Source: a virus (lineage: Duplodnaviria; Caudoviricetes). From it: a stretch of DNA of 46,179 bases. Both the position numbers and the translations under genes were made by a program. The stretch is from IMG/VR virus record IMGVR_UViG_3300030376_001764, positions 1 through 46,179 of that record; one strand, 5' to 3'. The notes beneath the pieces are model-generated. The model saw nothing but the letters and a program-made list of their open reading frames with translations. It ran no database searches and was not told the origin of the DNA. Below are positions 6,089 through 15,497 of the stretch, in pieces. Numbering within the stretch: the first letter of the stretch is position 1; every line of letters begins with the position of its first letter.

Positions 6089-6330
6089 CTAAAAAAGAAC
6101 TAGATTATTTAGCAGAAAAGGTAGCAAGTGCTATCGTCGAAAAGATGTTTAACTCTGACGAATTTGAAGTATCTTCTCTACCTGCTGCTACAGACGAACA
6201 GATGATTGTGGCTGAAATCGCTAGACTTATGACGCTAATGTCACAGTATGAAGATACTGAAGAATACGAGAAAGCTGCTATAATCAAAAATAAAATTAGT
6301 AAATTAGAAAATATAATAAGAAAATTATGA
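6085..6330 (+). CDS. Small protein with UVR (UvrB/C) coiled-coil motif
   Basis: EEYEKAAIIKNKI matches the ExYExAAxxRDxI pattern. Confidence 0.6.
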   Translation: MTKKELDYLAEKVASAIVEKMFNSDEFEVSSLPAATDEQMIVAEIARLMTLMSQYEDTEEYEKAAIIKNKISKLENIIRKL

Positions 6331-7160
6331 TAAAACCTATGTTAGCTCATAAAGTTAATGATAAAAAAATTGACTTTACTGAGCCTGTATTTATACAACC
6401 TAAGCTTGACGGCGTGCGTTGTATCTTTACAAAAGATGGAGCTTACTCACGTACGGGTAAACAATTCCATAACCTACGACACATTGAGTTACGACTTGCG
6501 GGGTTTTTTAACTTAAACCCAGATGCGCAGCTTGATGGTGAACTATATAATCATGCTCTAAGAGACGATTTCGAGCAAATCATATCATTAGTCAGAAAAC
6601 AAAAACCAACTGACGAGGATCGTTTAAACGCGCAACATCTTATACAATACCACGTGTATGACTATATTGTTCCGTTTATTGGTTATGAAGCTAGACTTAA
6701 ATGGCTATTGTCAAATAAAGATTTGTGGTCAAATGTAGTTATACCTGTCGAAACTCACAGAGTTAACAAGTATGAAGAAGCTGCTAACATGCATTATGAT
6801 GGCTTTCTAAAACAAGGTTACGAAGGTTCTATACTAAGACTCAATGGTGCTTACGAGCAAAAACGCAGCTACAACCTACAAAAATTCAAAGACTTCAGCG
6901 ACGATGAAGCTACAATTGTAGGTTATGAAGCTGGCAAAGGTAAACGTACTGGCACACTTGGCAAGTTCTTTATGATGGACGACAACGGTATTGAGTTCGG
7001 TTGTCCACCAGGTAAAGGTTACAACTACAAAGATCTAGCTAATATACTAGATAATGTACACGACTACATTGGCAAACGTGCTACATTTACTTATTTCGAA
7101 CGAACTAAAGCAGGTAATTATCGTCACCCGCTGTTTAAATGTATTCGCGATTATGAGTAA
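6327..7160 (+). CDS. ATP-dependent DNA ligase (minimal type)
   Basis: Motif I QPKLDGVR, III LDGELY, IIIa YHVYD, IV GYEGSILR, V LQKFK, C-terminal OB fold with YRHP. Confidence 0.93.
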   Translation: MIKPMLAHKVNDKKIDFTEPVFIQPKLDGVRCIFTKDGAYSRTGKQFHNLRHIELRLAGFFNLNPDAQLDGELYNHALRDDFEQIISLVRKQKPTDEDRLNAQHLIQYHVYDYIVPFIGYEARLKWLLSNKDLWSNVVIPVETHRVNKYEEAANMHYDGFLKQGYEGSILRLNGAYEQKRSYNLQKFKDFSDDEATIVGYEAGKGKRTGTLGKFFMMDDNGIEFGCPPGKGYNYKDLANILDNVHDYIGKRATFTYFERTKAGNYRHPLFKCIRDYE

Positions 7161-7239
7161 ATTAATATGGAAACTTTATGCTGAGAATATGATTAGCGAA
7201 GAAGTAGCAAACATCTTGTTGGATAAATTATACGAATGA
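7153..7239 (+). CDS. Very small protein (28 aa)
   Basis: MSKLIWKLYAENMISEEVANILLDKLYE; overlaps both neighbours. Confidence 0.4.
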   Translation: MSKLIWKLYAENMISEEVANILLDKLYE

Positions 7240-7736
7240 ATATATTTTATCTAGATCGAGATCCTTACAAGGCTGCTAGTTATTTTTATGACAAGCATAA
7301 AGTAAAGATGATATTAGAATCAGCTCAAATGCTTTGCACAGCTCATCATGTGTGTGGTAATCCTAATGATGTACCTTATAGGCAGGCGCATCTAAACCAC
7401 CCGTCAACAATATGGGTTAGACAAAGCAGACCAAATTATTATTGGTTATACGAGCACATGATAGCATTAGGGCAAGAGTACACAAAACGCTATGGTAAAA
7501 TACATATGACTATAGATAAGTGCAAAGATGCATTACGCTTTTGTCCTGATGGTATCACTTCTGTGGTGTTTACAGAACCACCTCAATGTATGCCTGACGA
7601 ATACAAAGTACCTGGCTGTAGCATAACTGCCTATTGGAATTATTACGAACAAGATAAATATAAAGTAGCAAACAAAAATGAGCAAATCATTATACGACCA
7701 TATGATCAGCGTAAACTATATGAATATAGCGCATAA
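7236..7736 (+). CDS. Pyrimidine-dimer DNA glycosylase/endonuclease V-like family protein
   Basis: MNIFYLD...DKHKVKMILESAQML...HLNHPSTIW...EYTKRYGKIH signature. Confidence 0.7.
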   Translation: MNIFYLDRDPYKAASYFYDKHKVKMILESAQMLCTAHHVCGNPNDVPYRQAHLNHPSTIWVRQSRPNYYWLYEHMIALGQEYTKRYGKIHMTIDKCKDALRFCPDGITSVVFTEPPQCMPDEYKVPGCSITAYWNYYEQDKYKVANKNEQIIIRPYDQRKLYEYSA

Positions 7737-7777
7737 GATCAAAAGTTTTCAGAAAAAGAAACAAAAACCTAACAATA

Positions 7778-7900
7778 ATGGGAAAAACAAAAGAGTTATT
7801 TACTAAATTAAGAGAAGAAGAATTTTTAAAAGAACACATAATTGTGTGTACTTTAAAACCTGAAGAGGCTGTGACAACAGCCCCTAATAATAAGGAGTAA
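7778..7900 (+). CDS. Small protein (40 aa, not in track)
   Basis: MGKTKELFTKLREEEF... Confidence 0.4.
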   Translation: MGKTKELFTKLREEEFLKEHIIVCTLKPEEAVTTAPNNKE

Positions 7901-7915
7901 TAGGCTAATGTCACA
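7870..7915. repeat. Inverted repeat overlapping the start of the HTH gene
   Basis: TGTGACAacAGCC-N20-GGCTaaTGTCACA; right arm matches 17-31 at 14/15. Confidence 0.6.
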
Positions 7916-8528
7916 AGACAGAAACTTAAAATTACTGAATAACAACCGCATCGTGTACAGGCGAGATCCAATAACGGACAAGCCAGATGAAGTATACGAC
8001 TGGGGCGTGGTGTATCATAACGGTACATACGAGTGTTATGAATTGTTTAGAACTAGAGCTAAGATTACAACTTATAAATCTCTTAAATGGCATTTGCTTG
8101 TGTTGTGGTATTTAAACCCTCAACTTGATCAAGATAAGTTTGAGTATATTGCAATGCATTTAGTAGATAAAGCTAATGGTTTTGTTACATTTAATGTATC
8201 AGAGCAATTGTTTAAGAACATTATTTATGATGTTAGCATGTACGACTTAGAATATCCGCCAAAAAACAAACTACGTAAAGTTATATTTAACGATACATGT
8301 GGTCTTGAGGTTAGTGAAAAACTAAGTATTGTGGGTAGCATTATAGGTAGATCTAAAGCTGTAGCTGCAGATGATATCTATGATGCTATGCTAGCATTAA
8401 ATGAGATGAAAAAAACTATAACTGTTAAAAAGCTAGCAAGTTATTTTAATTGCTCAGCTCGCACTATTTATAGAAACATGACGCAAGAACTAAAGAAAGA
8501 AAAAGAACTTTTAAATTCACAATTATGA
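7908..8528 (+). CDS. DNA-binding protein with C-terminal HTH (possible replication initiator)
   Basis: TVKKLASYFNCSARTIYRNM is a clear HTH; initiator role inferred. Confidence 0.6.
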   Translation: MSQDRNLKLLNNNRIVYRRDPITDKPDEVYDWGVVYHNGTYECYELFRTRAKITTYKSLKWHLLVLWYLNPQLDQDKFEYIAMHLVDKANGFVTFNVSEQLFKNIIYDVSMYDLEYPPKNKLRKVIFNDTCGLEVSEKLSIVGSIIGRSKAVAADDIYDAMLALNEMKKTITVKKLASYFNCSARTIYRNMTQELKKEKELLNSQL

Positions 8529-8680
8529 AATATCCAGATGCAGATAAACACTTTTGGGCTAGTATGACAAAGAGTGTTATAAGAGTAGGAGGCTATTGTC
8601 TCATTTTTATTAACATTGAAGCAGCGGCTATGTTATTGATCGCAAGCGAAGTAATAGGAGTAGTAGAAGAATTAGTATGA
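8525..8680 (+). CDS. Small membrane protein (51 aa, not in track)
   Basis: MKYPDADKHFWASMTKSVIRVGGYCLIFINIEAAAMLLIASEVIGVVEELV; ATGA overlaps at both ends. Confidence 0.65.
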   Translation: MKYPDADKHFWASMTKSVIRVGGYCLIFINIEAAAMLLIASEVIGVVEELV

Positions 8681-9432
8681 AAAAGTACAACATACAAAAT
8701 TATATAAGGTATAAAGAAGATCTTAAAAAGTCTATGCCTGAAGTAAAATTTTACGATAAATATACTAGAAAAGAACTTATTGTAAAATTTCTACCTCTTG
8801 TAGAAAATTTAGCACGTAAGTTTTCAACAACTCAACAAGCATCAGGCGTTTTAAGTATAAATGACTTAATACAAATTGGAGCTGAGGGTTTAGTTAAAGC
8901 TGTTGATAAATTAACATGGGAAAAACTAAATGAATCTGAAGATATTGAAAAAACTTTAAAATCATTTTTTAGCAAACGTGTTAAAGGTGCTATACGTAGA
9001 CGTATTGACATGCACAGAGGTGACATACGTATTCCAGAGCATAAAATAAATGAAATACGTAAAAATCCTAAAGATAAAAAGATGGTTGAAATGTTTTTTA
9101 ACTCTATGTTTTTATCTATAGATGCTCAACCAACCAACGACGAAGGAGAGCAAATGATACATCAAATAGCAGATAAGTCAGAGCCATATAACATTGCTTT
9201 GCTAAACAGTTATTTGAAAAGCTTATTGTTAAAACACTTAAGTACAAAAGAATATGAGGTGTTACGATTAAGCTACGGACTTGACTGCGATAAGCATACG
9301 GCTAAAGAAATCGCAGCTAAATTAAAGATAGATGGCGTTAGTAATTACGTGCGTATAAGTGAGCTAAAAAAGCAAGCTGTACAAAAATTAATTGATAACG
9401 TCGATCACTCGCAAGTGATTGACTATCTGTAA
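8677..9432 (+). CDS. Phage sigma-70-family RNA polymerase sigma factor
   Basis: Region 2 LIVKFLPLVENLARKF...DLIQIGAEGLVKAVDK...KGAIRR..IRIP; region 4 LSTKEYEVLRLSYGL...TAKEIA...RISELKKQAVQKL. Confidence 0.9.
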   Translation: MKKYNIQNYIRYKEDLKKSMPEVKFYDKYTRKELIVKFLPLVENLARKFSTTQQASGVLSINDLIQIGAEGLVKAVDKLTWEKLNESEDIEKTLKSFFSKRVKGAIRRRIDMHRGDIRIPEHKINEIRKNPKDKKMVEMFFNSMFLSIDAQPTNDEGEQMIHQIADKSEPYNIALLNSYLKSLLLKHLSTKEYEVLRLSYGLDCDKHTAKEIAAKLKIDGVSNYVRISELKKQAVQKLIDNVDHSQVIDYL

Positions 9433-9495
9433 GTTAGTGATGTAAAACAGTATATTTATATGTAATTATATAAGTATACCAAATACCAAAACTTT

Positions 9496-10071
9496 ATGAC
9501 GTTAAACGAAAAGTTAGCAACAATACAAACTAAGTTTAAATCTAAAAAATCTAGATTTAATTCATTCGGCAAATATTACTTCAGATCAGCCGAAGACATT
9601 CTCGAAGCTATTAAACCCTTTGTTAAGGAGTTAGGTGTTACTGTTACAATTAATGAAGAATTAGTTGACACGGCAGTACTACAAAGCACAGCTACTGTAA
9701 CTGACGGGACTGACACTATAACTGCTACTGCAGTCGTAGGTGTTGATCTTGATCAGAAAGGTATGCAAATGCCTCAACGATACGGTTCAGCTTCAAGCTA
9801 CGGTAAGAAGTATGCATTAGGTAATTTATTTCTTATCGATGACACACAAGATAGTGATGCCACAAACAATCACGGTAAAACAACTAAAGATGTTAAACCA
9901 TCATTATCAGTAAACACGCAAGCGTTTACAAAGGCAACTGAATACTTAAAGTCAGGCGGTGATATAACTGCTATAACTAAAAAGTATAAAGTAAGCCAAG
10001 AGGCGTTGGCTAAATTAAAAATAGCAGAAGTTCATGGAACAAAAACAAATAGTAAACAAACTGCGCAATGA
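9496..10071 (+). CDS. ERF-family ssDNA-annealing recombinase
   Basis: FNSFGKYYFRSAEDILEAIKP...GSASSYGKKYALGNLFLIDDTQDSD. Confidence 0.85.
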   Translation: MTLNEKLATIQTKFKSKKSRFNSFGKYYFRSAEDILEAIKPFVKELGVTVTINEELVDTAVLQSTATVTDGTDTITATAVVGVDLDQKGMQMPQRYGSASSYGKKYALGNLFLIDDTQDSDATNNHGKTTKDVKPSLSVNTQAFTKATEYLKSGGDITAITKKYKVSQEALAKLKIAEVHGTKTNSKQTAQ

Positions 10072-10765
10072 TGAGGATTATTACGGGGAATTTGGTAGAC
10101 GTTATCTTAGTAATAGCGACATATCAGCTCTTTTAACTAACCCTCTAGGTTACGGTCAACCTTCGAAGCCTTCAGCAGCGTTCTTAGTTGGTGGATATTT
10201 TCACACCGCAATACTTGAACCAGATAAACTGAAAAAGTATAAAGTAGTTGAATCATCAACTAGGAACACCAAGGCTTACAAAGAGATATCAGGCGGTGAA
10301 CTATGTTTATTACAACACGAGGTAGATAAGATCGAATTGATGACAGATAAAATGTTAAGCAACGAGGTTTGCGAAGGTCTTATACGTGGAGAAAACGTAG
10401 AATACGAAGTGCCTGCAATAACACAACTTGGAACTAACAAATGGAAAGGTAAAGCTGACATAGTTAATCATGATGAAAAATTAGTGATTGATTTAAAGAC
10501 TACAGCTAACATAAACAAGTTTCAAAATAGTGCACGTATGTACAATTACGACAGTCAAGCGTACATATATAGTAAACTGTTCGGTTATGAAATGCTATTT
10601 ATTGTTATAGATAAAGAAACACATCAGATCGGATTATTTGATTGCTCAACAGGCTTTTACGAGCGTGGCTCTGATAAAGTTGAAAGAGCAAATGATGCTT
10701 ATGATTTGTTTTATAAGCAAGAAGGTTTTGATCCTTCACAATATTTTATTAATAAAACCCTTTAA
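10034..10765 (+). CDS. PD-(D/E)xK exonuclease (RecE/ExoVIII-like)
   Basis: LSNSDI...G.YFHTAILEP...KGKADIV...IDLKTT...YDSQAYIY. Confidence 0.8.
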   Translation: MEQKQIVNKLRNDEDYYGEFGRRYLSNSDISALLTNPLGYGQPSKPSAAFLVGGYFHTAILEPDKLKKYKVVESSTRNTKAYKEISGGELCLLQHEVDKIELMTDKMLSNEVCEGLIRGENVEYEVPAITQLGTNKWKGKADIVNHDEKLVIDLKTTANINKFQNSARMYNYDSQAYIYSKLFGYEMLFIVIDKETHQIGLFDCSTGFYERGSDKVERANDAYDLFYKQEGFDPSQYFINKTL

Positions 10766-10775
10766 ACCAATTAAT

Positions 10776-10955
10776 ATGGCAAGAGCAAGAAAAACTCAAA
10801 CTAAAGTATGTTCAGTATCAGGTATTGAAACAAATGTAAATAACTTTTACACGAACCAAACCCATGTTAAAGCTGTAGACAACTTACGTCGTAACTCTAA
10901 CGCAACTAAAGATCAGCTGCAGCGTATGTTTAATCAATTAAATTCTTATGTGTAA
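10776..10955 (+). CDS. Hypothetical protein (59 aa; start moved from 10638)
   Basis: MARARKTQTKVCSVSG...; TAATG coupling to the next gene. Confidence 0.6.
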   Translation: MARARKTQTKVCSVSGIETNVNNFYTNQTHVKAVDNLRRNSNATKDQLQRMFNQLNSYV

Positions 10956-11269
10956 TGGCTAGTATTATAGCAACTAGTATTGATCTTACTAAAATACCTA
11001 AAGATAAAATTATCGAAGGTAAAAAAGGTAAATACTTACCTATTACTATTACAATCAATGATGAGCCAGATCAGTTTGGCAACAATGGTCCTGTTATTGT
11101 ACAGCAAACTAAGGACGAGCGTGATGCTAAACAAGATAAAGTTTATCTAGGAAATGTAAAAGTAGTATGGACAAACGGAGACAACGTTGCGGCTGCGCCT
11201 CGAGATGGTGGGCCTGCACCTGTACAACAAGCTGCGGTCGCTCAGGCCGACGATGATTTACCATTTTAA
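10955..11269 (+). CDS. Single-stranded DNA-binding protein (Bacteroidota-phage type)
   Basis: Beta-rich core, flexible linker, acidic C-terminal tail DDDLPF. Confidence 0.7.
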   Translation: MASIIATSIDLTKIPKDKIIEGKKGKYLPITITINDEPDQFGNNGPVIVQQTKDERDAKQDKVYLGNVKVVWTNGDNVAAAPRDGGPAPVQQAAVAQADDDLPF

Positions 11270-11273
11270 TTAA

Positions 11274-12995
11274 ATGCAGACAATAGAGATCAATGGATTC
11301 TTGATTGACGAGTTCAATCAATATGGCCTAAAAGAAGGTAAGACGCAGGGTATCTGCCCCTTATGTTCACACGATAGGCAACCCAAAAATCAGAAAGCAC
11401 AGTGTGCTTCGTATGATTGGGAACGGGGTCTCGGTACTTGTCACAATTGTAGTACATCATTTCAGTTGCATACGTACCAACGTAAAGGTGCTAGTGAGAA
11501 AGAGTATGTAAGACCAACATCGCCTCCGGCTGATGAGTGGAACATACCACAAACTAAAGTAGCTGAGTGGTTTAAAACAAGAGGTATATCAGCTCAGACT
11601 CTCATTGACTTAAAAATCAGTGAGGGTCCTGAGTATATGCCACAAACCGGTAAGACCGAGAATACTATAAAGTTTAATTACTTTATGGGCGATCAACTTA
11701 TTAATGTTAAATACAGAGACGGTCGTAAAAACTTTAAGTTATACAAAGGTGCTGAAAAAGTATTTTACAATATCAATAGTATTGTAGGCTATGACACGTG
11801 TATAATTACCGAAGGTGAAATGGACGTGTTAGCTTTACATGAAGCTGGTGTTAAAAATACTATATCAGTTCCTAACGGAGCAACACTTGGAAACAATAAC
11901 CTAGATTATCTAGATAATTGTATTGATTACTTTGAAGATAAAGAAAAAGTAATACTTGCAGTTGATCAAGATGATGCTGGTCAAATGCTACAGCAAGAGC
12001 TTATACGTAGGCTCGGTGCTGAAGTATGTTTCTTAGTAACCTTTGAAGACTGTAAAGATGCTAATGAATATTTATTAAAATATGGAAAAGAAAAACTGGC
12101 AGAGCGTATTACCAAAGCCAGACCAGTACCCCTTGAAAACGTCACAACTTTCAAAGACATTGAAGATGAAGTTACTGACTTCGTTAAAAATGGTTTCAAG
12201 CCCGGTTACCAAATCGGCCTTCAGAATTTTGATGATATCTTTTCAACTTACACTGGTCAGTTTATTACTGTTACTGGTATTCCTAGTTCCGGCAAGAGTG
12301 ACTTTGTCGATCAAATGGTCGTTGGATATAACGCGAACTATGGTTGGAAGACAGCGTTTGCTAGTCCAGAAAATGCGCCAACTTATTTACATGCCCATAA
12401 ACTAATGCGTAAGACGTGGGGCGATATGCCTACGCGTTCAGACATTGGTGGCAATAAGTGGAAAGAGGTATCAGAACATGTTAATGATAATTACTTCTTC
12501 ATTGATATGGATAAGTATAGTCTTGAATCAGTGCTACGTAAAGGTGCCGAGCTTGTTAAACGTAAGGGTATTAAATGCTTAGTCATTGATCCATTCAATA
12601 AGATCAGAGATGTTGACTGCAAAACAGAAGATGTAAACAGATACACAATGGAGTATCTAACTAAGATAGAAATGTTTTGTAAGAAGTATGATGTGCTTAC
12701 GTTTATTGTAGCTCACCCAACTAAAATGTATAAAGATAGTAATGGCAAAATTGAAGAGCCAACTATGTATAACATAAAAGGTGGTGGCGAATGGTATGAT
12801 GCTAGTTACCATGGTATACTAGTACATAGAGATTATGATGCTAAAACTGTTAAAGCTAAAGTATTGAAAGTAAAATTTCAAAACTTAGGTGAGAACGGAG
12901 CTGAGGCACATTTTAAATGGGAACATAAATCAGGTCGTTTTATACCTCATGTTCTGCCTGGTATGGCAGAAGGTGAAAAAATGCCCTGGGAATAA
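11274..12995 (+). CDS. T7 gp4/Twinkle-like primase-helicase
   Basis: Zn finger CPLC...CHNC, TOPRIM (TEGEMD, DQDDAG, KDANE), SF4 helicase Walker A GIPSSGKS and LVIDP. Confidence 0.93.
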   Translation: MQTIEINGFLIDEFNQYGLKEGKTQGICPLCSHDRQPKNQKAQCASYDWERGLGTCHNCSTSFQLHTYQRKGASEKEYVRPTSPPADEWNIPQTKVAEWFKTRGISAQTLIDLKISEGPEYMPQTGKTENTIKFNYFMGDQLINVKYRDGRKNFKLYKGAEKVFYNINSIVGYDTCIITEGEMDVLALHEAGVKNTISVPNGATLGNNNLDYLDNCIDYFEDKEKVILAVDQDDAGQMLQQELIRRLGAEVCFLVTFEDCKDANEYLLKYGKEKLAERITKARPVPLENVTTFKDIEDEVTDFVKNGFKPGYQIGLQNFDDIFSTYTGQFITVTGIPSSGKSDFVDQMVVGYNANYGWKTAFASPENAPTYLHAHKLMRKTWGDMPTRSDIGGNKWKEVSEHVNDNYFFIDMDKYSLESVLRKGAELVKRKGIKCLVIDPFNKIRDVDCKTEDVNRYTMEYLTKIEMFCKKYDVLTFIVAHPTKMYKDSNGKIEEPTMYNIKGGGEWYDASYHGILVHRDYDAKTVKAKVLKVKFQNLGENGAEAHFKWEHKSGRFIPHVLPGMAEGEKMPWE

Positions 12996-13267
12996 TGCCT
13001 CCGTATTGGAAGCCTAAAAGAAAATCCGAGTGGAATATGGGTACATATGAAACTACAGAGCTAGATCATAAAGCTATTAACTGGTGTATTAGTAATGGTA
13101 TAAAAATAGCGCCGTTTGCTAAAAAGCCTGGTGAATGGTATATTGATATAACAGTAAACAATAAAACAAATCGATCGCCTCATATATATGGTAAAGATAT
13201 TATATGGGAGAAGATCTATGAATATTATAGATATTATTATGAGAAATACTTTCGAGACAGCAAATGA
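12995..13267 (+). CDS. Hypothetical protein (90 aa)
   Basis: TAATG coupling. Confidence 0.65.
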   Translation: MPPYWKPKRKSEWNMGTYETTELDHKAINWCISNGIKIAPFAKKPGEWYIDITVNNKTNRSPHIYGKDIIWEKIYEYYRYYYEKYFRDSK

Positions 13268-13880
13268 AGCTTATGAGTACTTTCACAACGAGATCATTAC
13301 AAATGGTGTTGAGTTTGCAGGTACCAAAGCTTTATTTAATATAGGGTTTACAATAGAAAATCCTACTAACAAAGTAATTACAAATAAAGAACGTAATTGG
13401 AACCAAGCTTATGCAGCTGCAGAGTGGGACTGGTATTTGTCTGGTGACCCGCGCGTTAGTACGCTAGGTAAAATATATGGTAAAATACCACCGATATGGC
13501 TACGCATGGCAGACGAGAACGGAGAGGTAAACTCTAATTATGGTTATCAGTGGAAAAGAAATAATCAGCTTGAAAATGTTATTAACATATTAAAGCAAAA
13601 CAATGAAACCAGACAAGCTGCAATTAGTATATATGACGGCAAAACAATACATCAGTATGCTCATGACACGCCGTGTACTTACGCAGTACAGTTTACAATA
13701 GTACAAGGCAAGCTGTATATGTCTGTCTATATGCGTTCTAATGATCTCTGGTACGGTTTCTGTAACGATCAATATCAGTTTGCATCATTGCAAGAAATGG
13801 TTGCAGAGAGATTAAATTTGCCTGTTGGTACATACTACCATCATGCGCATAACTTACATTTGTATAACGATAAAATATAA
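13239..13880 (+). CDS. Thymidylate-synthase-fold enzyme, probable dCMP hydroxymethylase/methylase
   Basis: DTPCT catalytic Cys; MRSNDLWYGFCND has Asp at the position equivalent to ThyA Asn177. Confidence 0.75.
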   Translation: MRNTFETANEAYEYFHNEIITNGVEFAGTKALFNIGFTIENPTNKVITNKERNWNQAYAAAEWDWYLSGDPRVSTLGKIYGKIPPIWLRMADENGEVNSNYGYQWKRNNQLENVINILKQNNETRQAAISIYDGKTIHQYAHDTPCTYAVQFTIVQGKLYMSVYMRSNDLWYGFCNDQYQFASLQEMVAERLNLPVGTYYHHAHNLHLYNDKI

Positions 13881-13885
13881 TTTAA

Positions 13886-14647
13886 ATGTATTATTTATAC
13901 CACATACCAGGTAAAAAGATAGGTGTTACACGTAATCTTAATACCCGAGTAACCCTTATGCAAGGCTATAAGGAGGGTGAATACGAAGTTCTTGAGCAGT
14001 CAGACGATATAGATTTTATATCAGACCGCGAAATAGAACTTCAAAAGTCTTATGGCTATAAGGTCGACAGAAAATTATATAAAAATTTATTTAAATCAAA
14101 TATGAATATAAACGCTACTGAACAAACGTCAACCTTTCCGTGTCCAGCTAACAAACTTAAAGGGCATCTGATGGATAACATTGGGCTAAGCTGGAAAACT
14201 CTACACGGTAAATTCGAAATCAATTCAACTACAATACCATGGATTATACATAATGCAAAGACGTCTATGTATAATAACGAGAGATGTTACATTTATAACA
14301 AAGCTTATTACGAAGCTTTCTTAGCTGAACCAGGCTCTGAAAGTATAGACGCAACTGTCTTTGATAGTATTCGTGACTGGGCTGATAAACGAGGTATATA
14401 TGATAGTGGAGATACTAAAACACAGTTTGTTAAACTTATGGAAGAAGTCGGAGAGCTCGGAAAAGCAATTCTTAAAAACGATAAAGATGAGTTTGTTGAT
14501 GCTATTGGCGATTGTATTGTTGTACTTACCAATCTTTCCCATCTCGGTGGGTTTGACGTTGAGCATTGCATCAGCAGCGCTTACGATGAGATCAGCAATA
14601 GAACTGGAGCTATGGTAAACGGAACATTTGTAAAAGATGCAGATTAA
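13886..14647 (+). CDS. GIY-YIG-like N-terminal domain fused to a MazG-like NTP pyrophosphohydrolase
   Basis: N-term YYLYH..KIGVT.NL..R...E; C-term KLMEEVGEL...DAIGD...AYDEI..R.G.MVNGTFVK. Confidence 0.75.
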   Translation: MYYLYHIPGKKIGVTRNLNTRVTLMQGYKEGEYEVLEQSDDIDFISDREIELQKSYGYKVDRKLYKNLFKSNMNINATEQTSTFPCPANKLKGHLMDNIGLSWKTLHGKFEINSTTIPWIIHNAKTSMYNNERCYIYNKAYYEAFLAEPGSESIDATVFDSIRDWADKRGIYDSGDTKTQFVKLMEEVGELGKAILKNDKDEFVDAIGDCIVVLTNLSHLGGFDVEHCISSAYDEISNRTGAMVNGTFVKDAD

Positions 14648-14933
14648 AACTAAAGACAAGATAGTACAGGCAGTACTAAGGAAGATGGACGAACGTAGTA
14701 TTATAGGCCAAGAAAAATATGGTGCTACAATGATGGAAGAGATTGAAGGTCAGGTTAAAGACTTAGATCGTTTCTTAGTTGATGTTCAAGAAGAAATAAT
14801 GGATGCGTTACTTTATATTGAAGCAGCGCGACGATGCTTGACTGATGAAATTGAAGAGGCAATGTTACGCCGAATAGATATCATAGGTCAAAACGGTAAC
14901 GAAGGTTTACATTATGATACGCAAAAAGTATAA
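14637..14933 (+). CDS. All-alpha NTP-PPase-like / nucleotide-metabolism-associated protein
   Basis: RSIIGQEKYGATM...VQEEIMDALLY (EExxD motif). Confidence 0.55.
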   Translation: MQIKTKDKIVQAVLRKMDERSIIGQEKYGATMMEEIEGQVKDLDRFLVDVQEEIMDALLYIEAARRCLTDEIEEAMLRRIDIIGQNGNEGLHYDTQKV

Positions 14934-15369
14934 GCGTAAAAAACGAGGGCCAGTACAGGCAAAGAAGATATCATATGATGGTATCAACTTTGCCTCGGGT
15001 CTTGAACGTTATATGTATATGGCTTTAAAAAAAGCAAAGATCAGAGCCAAATACGAAGGAGAAACATTTGTACTAATGAATGGCTTTCATTTTCCAAACG
15101 AGTGTTATGCTCGCCAAGCAAACGGTAAAGGTGATTATAAGAACAGAGGTTCTAAGCGTATACTACCTATTAAATATACACCTGATTTTATTGGTGATGG
15201 ATTTATTATTGAAACAAAAGGTAGAGCCAACGAATCTTTTCCAATGAGATGGAAATTATTTAAGCTATTAGTAACAAAGCAGTTCCCTGACACTGTGTTA
15301 TACAAACCACAAAATCAAGCAGAATGCGACAGAACAATACAGCTAATCCTAGAAAAGCAAAGGACGTAG
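14914..15369 (+). CDS. T7 endonuclease I-like nuclease/resolvase
   Basis: FASGLE...YE...YTPDF...IIETKG. Confidence 0.8.
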   Translation: MIRKKYKRKKRGPVQAKKISYDGINFASGLERYMYMALKKAKIRAKYEGETFVLMNGFHFPNECYARQANGKGDYKNRGSKRILPIKYTPDFIGDGFIIETKGRANESFPMRWKLFKLLVTKQFPDTVLYKPQNQAECDRTIQLILEKQRT

Positions 15370-15497
15370 CGAGACGTAAGTATGCAGAGAGACAGATCGA
15401 TAAGTTTATTAAATGGTCAGTTGATCAACGTGGTTTTTTAAAGTATAAAGATCTAATTGAACAACACAATAAACACAACATAAAAGTGTATGGCTAA
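15324..15497 (+). CDS. Small basic protein (57 aa, not in track)
   Basis: MRQNNTANPRKAKDVARRKYAERQIDKFIKW...; fills the gap. Confidence 0.5.
   Translation: MRQNNTANPRKAKDVARRKYAERQIDKFIKWSVDQRGFLKYKDLIEQHNKHNIKVYG

Noticed and set aside
13188-13880. Ordinary thymidylate synthase thyA
   Set aside because: Asp replaces the dUMP-specifying Asn, and PCT replaces PCH.
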